Shown: piece after piece, positions 9,129 to 16,706 of the stretch
Layout: every line of letters starts with the position of its first letter
Position numbering within the stretch: the first letter of the stretch is position 1
From: Patescibacteria group bacterium
Lineage (GTDB): Bacteria; Patescibacteriota; Minisyncoccia; UBA6257; Colwellbacteraceae
DNA length: 47,450 bases
Reading direction: 5' to 3'
Assembly (NCBI GenBank): GCA_023380475.1
Contig: JAMCRD010000006.1
Span: forward strand, 68,546-115,995
Notes under the pieces: generated by a model
Databases searched by the model: none
Seen by the model: only the letters and a program-made list of their open reading frames with translations
Told to the model about the DNA's origin: nothing
Position numbers and translations under genes: made by a program

Positions 9129-9439
9129 GTAGCTGTTGTGGTGCCCTTGAAAGTGGGCGCCGCTCTTTGCTCTTAAAAATCCGCTTGCACGATTCTAAAG
9201 AACACTCTTCTATCTATCACTCCACAGACCGAAGAGACGTCTAGTATGGAGAGCCTGACTCGCTTATGGCAGCGAAAAATGCGGGGTGCATCAAGTGATC
9301 GTCTTGAGCACCAACCCTTGTCGAGTAGCCTCTAGACGATTCTGTCAGGCGAATCATCTAGAGTGCGCTCGACCCTAGCCTGCGGGTAATCTTAACCGGT
9401 CCCCATGAAAGTCCATGGCTGGGTAGACTTTGTAGGGAA
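9102..9439 (-). ncRNA. Unclassified structured RNA, about 338 nt
   Basis: Bounded by a consensus promoter (9446-9474) and an intrinsic terminator. Stable hairpins at 9403-9418, 9320-9372 (6 bp + 13 bp two-tier helix), 9285-9312, 9220-9251 and 9143-9158. The longest internal ORF is 38 codons with no RBS. I could not match it to RNase P RNA, tmRNA, SRP RNA, 6S RNA or the glmS ribozyme. Confidence 0.55.
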
Positions 9440-9445
9440 TGCTTA

Positions 9446-9474
9446 CTTATATAATGTTATTAGTAAGGTGTCAA
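9446..9474 (-). promoter_or_regulatory. Near-consensus promoter TTGACA-N17-TATAAG (minus strand)
   Basis: Plus-strand TGTCAA at 9469-9474 and CTTATA at 9446-9451, exactly 17 nt apart. Confidence 0.75.
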
Positions 9475-9506
9475 GCCTTAGCGATGAGGGCAAGGGCTGT
9501 GGTTTT

Positions 9507-9515
9507 TGGTAGCAT
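9507..9515 (+). promoter_or_regulatory. Possible extended -10 (TGgTAGCAT), 6 nt upstream of the glmS ATG
   Basis: TG at 9507-9508, TAGCAT at 9510-9515, ATG at 9522. The alternative TATAAT at 9450-9455 has only a poorly spaced -35. Confidence 0.35.
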
Positions 9516-9521
9516 AAAGGC

Positions 9522-11363
9522 ATGTGTGGAATCGTAGGTTACGCAGGAGAGAAGAAAACTATACCAATCCTTATAGACGGACTGAAGAGATTAGAGTACC
9601 GGGGGTACGACTCAGCTGGCCTTGCCGTCATCTCAAAAGAGCGCAGGCTAGAAGTGCGAAAGTCGCCTGGCAGGGTAAGTGAGCTTGAAGCGACGTTAAA
9701 AGATATGCCGGAAACCGGCAATCGCATTGGCATCGCCCATACGCGTTGGGCCACCCATGGTGAACCAACCAAAGAAAATGCCCACCCTCACATAGATTGC
9801 ACGGGTAATATTGCGTTGGTCCACAACGGCATCATCGAAAATTATGAGGCTCTGCGGACATATCTAGAGGAGCGTGGCCACACCTTTATTTCCAAAACGG
9901 ACACCGAGGTTGTGGCTCATCTCATCGAAGAATTTCTAAAAGAAAAAGGTACGACGTTCCTCGACGCGTTTATCAAAGCCATCCAGCACATCAAGGGGAG
10001 TTATGCTATCGTCGCTATCTCGGTATTGGAACCTGATACTATTTATGCCTCTCACCTCTCAAGCCCTCTCGTCATCGGGCAGGGGGAAGGAGAGAATTTC
10101 CTTGCGTCAGACGCTTCGCCCTTTCTAGGAAAAGCGAGTGAGGTCCTCTACCCTCCGGAGGACGAAGTTGTCGTAATCACCAAAGACGAAATAAAGTTGT
10201 TTGATCTTAATAAGAATAAGAGAGATCCTGTCTTCGAAAAATTAGAAGGAACGCTTGAAAGCATTCAAAAGGGGTCTTATTCCCACTTCATGCTTAAGGA
10301 AATTCACGAACAACCCGAGCGGATACGGGATGCCATGCGCGGAAGACTTCTTCTAAGAGAGGGGGATGCCAAATTGGGCGGATTGGAACCTATCTGGGGC
10401 GATATTGTTAATGCCAAGCGGATTATTATTAGCGCCTGCGGGACATCGTGGCATGCGGGACTGGTGGGTAAATACATGCTCGAAGAAATTGCCCGCGTTC
10501 ATACGGACGTCGAGTATGCCTCAGAACTCAGGTACAGGAATCCTGTGTTCGAGAAGGGCGATGTCCTTTTTGTGATAAGCCAGAGTGGCGAGACGGCCGA
10601 CACATTAGCAACGCTCCGGGAAGCGAAGAGTAAGGGTGTAACGGTGGCAGGGATTGTGAATACCGTTGGATCGACTATCGCCCGTGAAGCCGGCGTTGGT
10701 GTTTATATTCATGCCGGTCCAGAAATCGGAGTAGCCTCCACTAAGGCATTCACCTCGCAGGTTTCAATTCTCGCGCTCATAACACTAGCGATCGGCCGCG
10801 CCAAGTATATAACCCAAGAAAAAGGAGTGGTCATAGCCGAAGCGATGAACGCACTTCCCGAGAAAGTGGGGCGTGCGCTTGGGGCAGAAGATGAGATAAA
10901 AAGCATCGCCCGCGATTTCAAAAACAGTAAAAACTTCCTGTACCTTGGGCGGGGCGCCAATTTTCCTACAGCTCTCGAGGGGGCGCTAAAACTTAAGGAG
11001 ATATCATACATCCACGCTGAGGGCTACCCGGCCGCCGAGATGAAACATGGTCCAATCGCACTCATAGACGAGAATATGCCCGTCGTCTTCGTGGCACCCC
11101 AAGATGGTATCTACGAAAAAGTGCTGAGCAATATCGAAGAAGTGAGGGCACGGAAGGGAAAGGTAATCGCAATTGCTAATGAAGGCGATGATCGCATTAA
11201 GTCGTTGGCCGACTATATTATCCGCGTTCCGCGGACGTTGGGCTGGCTTGGTCCCATCGTGAACGTCGCACCACTCCAACTTCTAGCATACTATCTTGCC
11301 CTTGAACGCGGCTGTCCGATAGATCAACCGCGCAATCTAGCTAAGTCGGTAACTGTCGAATAG
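9522..11363 (+). CDS. glmS: Glutamine--fructose-6-phosphate aminotransferase (isomerizing)
   Basis: MCGIVGY N-terminal nucleophile, two SIS domains, C-terminal ...NLAKSVTVE. Confidence 0.95.
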   Translation: MCGIVGYAGEKKTIPILIDGLKRLEYRGYDSAGLAVISKERRLEVRKSPGRVSELEATLKDMPETGNRIGIAHTRWATHGEPTKENAHPHIDCTGNIALVHNGIIENYEALRTYLEERGHTFISKTDTEVVAHLIEEFLKEKGTTFLDAFIKAIQHIKGSYAIVAISVLEPDTIYASHLSSPLVIGQGEGENFLASDASPFLGKASEVLYPPEDEVVVITKDEIKLFDLNKNKRDPVFEKLEGTLESIQKGSYSHFMLKEIHEQPERIRDAMRGRLLLREGDAKLGGLEPIWGDIVNAKRIIISACGTSWHAGLVGKYMLEEIARVHTDVEYASELRYRNPVFEKGDVLFVISQSGETADTLATLREAKSKGVTVAGIVNTVGSTIAREAGVGVYIHAGPEIGVASTKAFTSQVSILALITLAIGRAKYITQEKGVVIAEAMNALPEKVGRALGAEDEIKSIARDFKNSKNFLYLGRGANFPTALEGALKLKEISYIHAEGYPAAEMKHGPIALIDENMPVVFVAPQDGIYEKVLSNIEEVRARKGKVIAIANEGDDRIKSLADYIIRVPRTLGWLGPIVNVAPLQLLAYYLALERGCPIDQPRNLAKSVTVE

Positions 11364-11372
11364 AGACACTCC

Positions 11373-12272
11373 CTACAACAGAGTGTATCGCTGGAAACGC
11401 TCCAATAGAGTCTTAAACCCCAGCTTCTCAAAGTAAGCCTCGATATCACGGTACGCTGGTAAGTTAAATCGTAAGCCATCCATAGACGCTTCTATCGGCA
11501 CACTATCGTTCAGGGTTGCCAGTTTCTTGGAAAGGAAAGCTTGATCTTCACTGGTTTTAAGTTTCTCCTGCAACTTAGAATTGGGTAAACCTACGCTATT
11601 TATCTCCTCGTACAATTTTTCCAGTGAACCATACTTCCCGATGAGCGATACGGCTGTTTTGGGTCCGATGCCGGTAACGCCGGGGATATTGTCGGAAGTA
11701 TCGCCGACCAATCCTTTATAATCGGCGAATTGTTTGGGGGCAACGCCAAACTTCTCCATCACCTTAGCTTCGTCGTAAACCAATGTGTCAGATATACCCC
11801 GCTGCGGCATGATAACTTGTATCTTTTTATCGTCTACCGCTTGAAGAAGGTCTCTGTCTCCAGAGACTATAAAAATCCGCAACCCCCGTGGCGCGAACTT
11901 TCTGGCCAGCGTGCAAACTATATCATCAGCCTCAAAGCCAGGGTACTCAAATGTTTTAACATTCAGCACTTTAAACAGTTCCCGGCATTCTATTAACTGC
12001 GATACCAATTCGGTTGCCGCAGGCGGCCGTGTAATTTTGTACTCTTTATATTCCCGCTCACGAAAAGTGGCTTCCTGCCGGTCGAAGGCAGCGGCGATGT
12101 AACCAGCGGGCCCTTCACCCGTCGGGCCCTCCTTGAAAATTTTAATAAACATGCTCGCCACTCCATAAAGGGCCCCCGCTGGCCGACCATCCGGGGAGGT
12201 TAGGGGTGGCAGGGCATGAAATGCCCGGTGTATCAGTGAATTAGCGTCTATTAAAAGCAAAGTGTCGTTCAT
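11373..12272 (-). CDS. Stand-alone 5'-3' exonuclease (Pol I N-terminal / FEN-like domain)
   Basis: LLLIDANSLIHRAFHA, FEADDI, SGDRDLLQ and the H3TH GDTSDNIPGVTGIGPKTA. At 299 aa there is no polymerase domain. Confidence 0.85.
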   Translation of the reverse strand: MNDTLLLIDANSLIHRAFHALPPLTSPDGRPAGALYGVASMFIKIFKEGPTGEGPAGYIAAAFDRQEATFREREYKEYKITRPPAATELVSQLIECRELFKVLNVKTFEYPGFEADDIVCTLARKFAPRGLRIFIVSGDRDLLQAVDDKKIQVIMPQRGISDTLVYDEAKVMEKFGVAPKQFADYKGLVGDTSDNIPGVTGIGPKTAVSLIGKYGSLEKLYEEINSVGLPNSKLQEKLKTSEDQAFLSKKLATLNDSVPIEASMDGLRFNLPAYRDIEAYFEKLGFKTLLERFQRYTLL

Positions 12273-12693
12273 TGTGTTTGATGCCGTGTTTGATATCTAC
12301 TACAACTGCGTCACGAGGAAGTATGTTTTTTACGCGATCGGCCCATTCAATAACAACGATGTTATTAGGGTCGCCTACTATGCTTCTCAAGCCGAGCTTG
12401 CCCAGCGCCTTGCTCCCCAGGCGGTAGGCGTCAATGTGGTAGACCCTTGTGCGCAAACCTCTGATAGGGAAGTTGCGCATAACTATGAAGGTTGGGCTTA
12501 TAACTTTTTTGCGGACTCCCAACCCTCGTATAAAAGCCTTAACAAACGTGGTTTTGCCGGCGCCGAGATCGCCCTGGAGTCCAATAACCACAGCGTTCTT
12601 CGATAATCTAGTTTCTAAAACTTCGGCAGCTAGATTTTTAGCCATAAAAGCCGTCTGCCGCACGCTCTTTGAGCTTATATTGATCGGCTTCAT
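12241..12693 (-). CDS. tsaE: tRNA t6A37 biosynthesis ATPase TsaE
   Basis: LQGDLGAGKTTFVK P-loop followed by SPTF and HIDAYRL. Its 3' end overlaps the exonuclease gene by 32 nt. Confidence 0.8.
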   Translation of the reverse strand: MKPINISSKSVRQTAFMAKNLAAEVLETRLSKNAVVIGLQGDLGAGKTTFVKAFIRGLGVRKKVISPTFIVMRNFPIRGLRTRVYHIDAYRLGSKALGKLGLRSIVGDPNNIVVIEWADRVKNILPRDAVVVDIKHGIKHNERHFAFNRR

Positions 12694-12702
12694 AACCGAT
12701 GC

Positions 12703-13716
12703 TTAGAAAAGTTCTCCTTTGGGTTTGCGACCTAGGCACTCGTAGGCCAATAACTCAGCCACCCGGCCAGCCGGAGTTCGACGGATCAACCCGAGTTTTA
12801 AGAGATATGGCTCATAAACATCTTCAATGGCTCCCCGATCTTCGTTTAGCGCCGCAGCCAGAGTCCCTATCCCCACCGGACCGCCGCCAAATTTATCAAT
12901 GATGATTGAGAGTAGCTGTCGGTCGTGGGCTTCGAGGCCAAACTTATCTATATCCAACATCTCCAGCGTCTGTCGCGCTGCCTCTTCGTCGATGACCGCT
13001 TTCTTTTTAACCTGGACATAATCTCTGGCTCGTTTCAAAAGTCTGTTGGCGACGCGCGGCGTGAACCTTGAGGCCTCGGCCAGGATTGCAATTGCTTCAG
13101 GTGTTGTAGATATGCCCAATATCCGCGCTGACCGCTCCAAAATAAGTTCGATGTCCTTATTGTCATAGTAGTCCAACCGAAGTATAGCCCCGAAGCGGGA
13201 GCGGAGCGGTTCTGATAAAAGATTCATCCGGGTTGTCGCCGCTATCAAAGTAAATGGCGGGAGGTCGATTGAGACGGTTCTGGCCCCAGCGCCCTTGCCT
13301 ATAACTATATGCAGCTTGCGCGACTCCATGGCGGGATACAAAACCTCCTCAATCATCCGGTTCAAGCGATGGGCTTCATCAATAAACAAGATATCATTGG
13401 CTTCCAAATTGGAAAGAATGGCCGCTAAATCCCCCGTTTTCTCAATAGCTGGACCGGAAGTGGTTTTAAGCGGTGCGGACATCTCATAAGCCACCAGCCT
13501 AGCCAGAGTCGTTTTCCCCAACCCGGCTTGGCCGTAAAAAAGGAGGTGATCCACGGGTTCACCACGCTTACGAGCGGCCTCTATTATCACCCTTAGGTTT
13601 TTTTTGACGTGTTCTTGGCCGATATACTCCTGCCAGGTCGTCGGTCTAAGCAGACTATCTATATTCTGGTCCTCTTCTGAGTTATCAACAGGTTTTACCC
13701 TTTCTTTATGCGCCAT
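12703..13716 (-). CDS. ruvB: Holliday junction branch migration helicase RuvB
   Basis: GQAGLGKTTLA Walker A, FIDEAHRL Walker B, and the conserved RTPRVANRLL-type motif (FTPRVANRLLKR). Confidence 0.95.
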   Translation of the reverse strand: MAHKERVKPVDNSEEDQNIDSLLRPTTWQEYIGQEHVKKNLRVIIEAARKRGEPVDHLLFYGQAGLGKTTLARLVAYEMSAPLKTTSGPAIEKTGDLAAILSNLEANDILFIDEAHRLNRMIEEVLYPAMESRKLHIVIGKGAGARTVSIDLPPFTLIAATTRMNLLSEPLRSRFGAILRLDYYDNKDIELILERSARILGISTTPEAIAILAEASRFTPRVANRLLKRARDYVQVKKKAVIDEEAARQTLEMLDIDKFGLEAHDRQLLSIIIDKFGGGPVGIGTLAAALNEDRGAIEDVYEPYLLKLGLIRRTPAGRVAELLAYECLGRKPKGELF

Positions 13717-13761
13717 TTTGACAAATCGCCGGTCTTGTGTTATAAATTTATTCGATAATCT

Positions 13762-13915
13762 AAAGAAGACGTAGGCCTGCGGGCAGCGAATTTCTCGAGG
13801 TTTAGGACGATCTGGCTCCGGCTGGGTCCACCCCCAAGATGAATTCTAAATTTTTTCCGTCAATTCGGAAAGAACGCTTCCCCAAGCATAGTGCCCGCAG
13901 ACCTACGTCTTTTTT
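13762..13915. repeat. About 150-bp element closed by 19-24-nt terminal inverted repeats
   Basis: AGACGTAGGCCTGCGGGCA (13767-13785) against TGCCCGCAGACCTACGTCT (13892-13910). There is one mismatch, which becomes a G-U pair on the minus-strand transcript. The repeats enclose 106 nt. Confidence 0.7.
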
Positions 13916-13932
13916 TGTTGGTTTGAAAAGAC

Positions 13933-15234
13933 CTAGCAAGTCCAATCGATGGGTCCTGTTATACGTTCTACCTCATCCAGAGTTGTAATACCAGCGAAAG
14001 CTTTAAGTATTCCGTCAGCCTGTAGACTAACCATCCCTTTGCTCTTGGCAAATTTGCGGATAGCCTCCTCGGTTAAGTCGCGCGCTATCTCCTTTTCTAA
14101 CTCATCGCCCGCCGGTAGCATTTCAAAAACGCCGATCCGGCCTACATAGCCGTTGTTGCATTTGTCGCAGCCCTTAGCGGTATAGAGACTTATCTTGTCT
14201 GGCTTGGCAACTCTTGGTGGTAAACTGGTTATAAATTTGTCTATGTTAGCCTTGGTCGCCGCATCGATCATCATCTCTGTCTTACAAGCGTCACACAGTT
14301 TGCGTAACAGTCTCTGAGCAACAATTAGATTAAGCGCGGGGCCGATGGTGGGGAGTTTTATGCCCATGTCGACCAATCGTGGCACCGCACCAACAGCGTC
14401 ATTGGTATGCAAAGTCGAGAAAACAAGATGCCCCGTCAGAGCAGCGTGGATTGCCGTCTCGGCCGTCTCTAAATCGCGTATTTCACCTACTAAAATTATG
14501 TCGGGGTCTTGGCGAAGAATTGAGCGCAGTCCGGCAGCGAAAGTGTAACCACGCTCTTCATCAACTTGCGTTTGTTCAATCCCCGGCAAATGATATTCAA
14601 TCGGATCCTCGATGGTTATGGATTTTAATTCAGAGCTGTTGACCTCTTTCAAGAAAGCGTAGAGGGTGGTTGTTTTGCCGCTTCCTGTTGGCCCGGTGGC
14701 CAGAATCATGCCGTTGGGCTTTTTAATTTCGAGGTTGGCGGCCTCTAAATCGTCGGGCCTCAATCCCAAATCAGAAAGTTTAAGCGCTACCGCACTCGGA
14801 TCCAAGAGACGCAGCACGGCTGTTTCGCCGTATTCCGAAGGAATGGTTGATACCCGCACCTCAATGTCGGCGTTGTCTCTTTTTATTGTGAAGCGGCCGT
14901 CTTGGGGAGTATCGATGACGTTCAATTTCAGCCCCGAGACAAGCTTAATCCGATTCAATAACGAGTTGTAAACTTTGGTATCAAACCGCAAGACGTCGTA
15001 CAAAAGGCCATCCAACCTAAAACGGAGGAGTGTCTTGTCTCGCTCGATTTCAAAGTGAATATCGGAAGCCTTTAGCGCTGAAGCTGAAGAAAAAATTATA
15101 TTGGCGACTTTGGTGGTGGACGCATTTTGTTCTATCGCCGAACCAAGATGCTGCCCGACCTCGACTAGGGGAATAGGGTTTTGTTGCTCAATTATGAACT
15201 CGTCGCGGTGTTCCGCTTCCACAAAATCTGCCAT
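13933..15234 (-). CDS. pilB: GspE/PilB-family secretion/type IV pilus assembly ATPase
   Basis: Walker A GPTGSGKTTT, Asp box, Walker B ILVGEIRD, His box, and the C-terminal tetracysteine CDACK...CDKC. ATG 15234 is preferred over the track's TTG 15270 because of the promoter at 15242-15270. Confidence 0.85.
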   Translation of the reverse strand: MADFVEAEHRDEFIIEQQNPIPLVEVGQHLGSAIEQNASTTKVANIIFSSASALKASDIHFEIERDKTLLRFRLDGLLYDVLRFDTKVYNSLLNRIKLVSGLKLNVIDTPQDGRFTIKRDNADIEVRVSTIPSEYGETAVLRLLDPSAVALKLSDLGLRPDDLEAANLEIKKPNGMILATGPTGSGKTTTLYAFLKEVNSSELKSITIEDPIEYHLPGIEQTQVDEERGYTFAAGLRSILRQDPDIILVGEIRDLETAETAIHAALTGHLVFSTLHTNDAVGAVPRLVDMGIKLPTIGPALNLIVAQRLLRKLCDACKTEMMIDAATKANIDKFITSLPPRVAKPDKISLYTAKGCDKCNNGYVGRIGVFEMLPAGDELEKEIARDLTEEAIRKFAKSKGMVSLQADGILKAFAGITTLDEVERITGPIDWTC

Positions 15235-15241
15235 CTCGTCT

Positions 15242-15270
15242 ATAATATGGCGGAAAAGAGCCAAAAGCAA
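15242..15270 (-). promoter_or_regulatory. Promoter TTGCTT-N17-TATTAT, 7 nt upstream of the pilB ATG
   Basis: Minus strand reads TTGCTT-TTGGCTCTTTTCCGCCA-TATTAT-AGACGAG-ATG. Confidence 0.7.
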
Positions 15271-15281
15271 AGTAATTTACT

Positions 15282-15806
15282 ATGTCCGGCCACTCCCGAT
15301 GGGTTCAGATAAAACATAAGAAAGGCGTGACCGATAAAAAACGCGGCGAGCTTTTCTCAAAATTGTTGAAGGCTATAAGAGCTGCTTCGCGCACCGAACC
15401 CAATCCTGATTTTAATCCCCGACTGCGCTCGGCGGTGGAGACGGCTAAGGAAGCTGGCGTCCCAACGGACAATATCGCGCGGGCAATTGAAGGCAGTAAA
15501 AATAAAGACCTGGAGGATTTGCTGATCGAAGCTTACGGCCCCGGCGGGGTAGCTATACTAGTAACTGCTACAACCAACAACCGCAATAGAACGATGGCTG
15601 AGTTGAGGAAGATGTTGAATGACGTTGGTGGGAAAGTAGCCGAACCCGGGAGTGTTATGTGGGCCTTTGAGCGCAGTGAGGGGGGTGGTTGGACAGCAAA
15701 GTTTCCCATAGTACTGGACGCCGATACTAAATCGAAACTCAATGAATTAACCACCACCCTTGATGGCGATGAGGATGTTTTAGAGGTTGTAACCAACGCA
15801 TCATGA
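15282..15806 (+). CDS. yebC: YebC/PmpR-family protein, compact 174-aa form
   Basis: MSGHSRWVQIKHKKG...NPRLR...EAYGPGG...TNNRNRT matches the YebC signature. It is about 60-70 aa shorter than typical members. Confidence 0.85.
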   Translation: MSGHSRWVQIKHKKGVTDKKRGELFSKLLKAIRAASRTEPNPDFNPRLRSAVETAKEAGVPTDNIARAIEGSKNKDLEDLLIEAYGPGGVAILVTATTNNRNRTMAELRKMLNDVGGKVAEPGSVMWAFERSEGGGWTAKFPIVLDADTKSKLNELTTTLDGDEDVLEVVTNAS

Positions 15807-16285
15807 AAATACTAGGCATCGATCCAGGTACAGCACGCCTGGGTTATGGGTTAATCGAGACCAAACCATCCCTGCAGTATATCGACTGTGGGGTGTTTGA
15901 ACCCAGAACGCCCGATAGCGGACAACGCCTTAAGCTTGTATCTGACAAATTGGTTGAATTAATAAACAAGCACAAACCGCGCTTAGCTGTGGTTGAGGGT
16001 TTGTATTTCTCCACCAACAAAAAAACAGCGCTGTCGGTGGCTGAAGCCAGGGGGGTAATTATTCTTACCCTAACTCAGAAAAAGGTGCCGCTCATGGAAT
16101 TCACCCCGAACCAGGTTAAGTCATTGGTAACGGGTTGGGGTAGGAGCGACAAAAAGAACGTTGAGTTGGCGGTCGGTATGACTATAAGACTACCCCAAAA
16201 CCTCAAAGTCCACGATGACGCCATGGATGCGTTGGCGCTGGCGTTGTGTGGATCGTTTAGTATGCGAACCGTGGGGAAAAGATGA
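15803..16285 (+). CDS. ruvC: Crossover junction endodeoxyribonuclease RuvC
   Basis: MKILGIDPGTARLGYG... with the catalytic Asp/Glu pattern and a C-terminal DDAMDALALAL. It overlaps yebC by 4 nt. Confidence 0.9.
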   Translation: MKILGIDPGTARLGYGLIETKPSLQYIDCGVFEPRTPDSGQRLKLVSDKLVELINKHKPRLAVVEGLYFSTNKKTALSVAEARGVIILTLTQKKVPLMEFTPNQVKSLVTGWGRSDKKNVELAVGMTIRLPQNLKVHDDAMDALALALCGSFSMRTVGKR

Positions 16286-16287
16286 TA

Positions 16288-16315
16288 TTGACAAGGGATA
16301 TAGGTCTTATATACT
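16288..16315 (+). promoter_or_regulatory. Promoter TTGACA-N16-TATACT
   Basis: TTGACA at 16288-16293, TATACT at 16310-16315. Confidence 0.6.
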
Positions 16316-16376
16316 AGTCGCGCAATTTAGCACGGTACTCTTTTTAATAACAAAGGTCGTGTAAGTAAAGTGGCCT

Positions 16377-16628
16377 ATGCCAATGAAAACCAAACAATCG
16401 GGACTTGTCGAAGGGCGCCTACGCGTCCCAGTGATGATTGTGGATGAAGAAGAAGACGAGAATGATGAGGGTGTAGAGGGTGGTAAAAAATACACCGAAT
16501 CAAATGAAGGTGGAGGTGTAGACGGCGAAGAGAGTCTGGATGAGATGGTGGAGAAAGAAGACAGCGACAGCGACGAGGACCAAGATGATTCTTTTGGTGG
16601 TGGAGACGACTCAGACGATAATTATTAG
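16377..16628 (+). CDS. Hypothetical highly acidic small protein (83 aa, D/E-rich)
   Basis: The ORF follows a good promoter. It has a low-complexity Asp/Glu-rich sequence and no recognisable domain. Confidence 0.4.
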   Translation: MPMKTKQSGLVEGRLRVPVMIVDEEEDENDEGVEGGKKYTESNEGGGVDGEESLDEMVEKEDSDSDEDQDDSFGGGDDSDDNY

Positions 16629-16651
16629 CAAGGAGTTGTATTAAGTTTGTT

Positions 16652-16683
16652 AAATCACCTTATCTGGGTAGATAAGGTGATTT
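16652..16683 (+). terminator. 13-bp perfect hairpin between the acidic ORF and PBP1A (terminator/attenuator candidate)
   Basis: AAATCACCTTATC-TGGGTA-GATAAGGTGATTT. The downstream T-tract is weak. Confidence 0.45.
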
Positions 16684-16706
16684 AGGTTTGAGGCGGGTTT
16701 ATAATC

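Noticed and set aside
9102-9439. RNase P RNA or tmRNA identity for the structured RNA
   Set aside because: GAAAGTCC, the RNase P CR-I-like element, occurs only on the plus strand (9407-9414), antisense to the promoter/terminator-defined transcript and too close to glmS. There is no T-arm (GGTTCGAnnCC) and no acceptor/CCA-like 3' end for tmRNA. A partial GGGGACC...CTCTCC pairing did not extend into a tRNA-like domain.
9072-9521. glmS ribozyme in the long region upstream of glmS
   Set aside because: The structured part is expressed from the opposite strand, with a consensus promoter and terminator on the minus strand. I could not find the glmS ribozyme core on the plus strand. Any remaining plus-strand leader is at most about 70 nt.
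16700-16705. TATAAT one nucleotide upstream of the PBP1A ATG as another leaderless promoter
   Set aside because: It is too close, because the TSS would fall inside the coding region. It is probably coincidental or serves something else.
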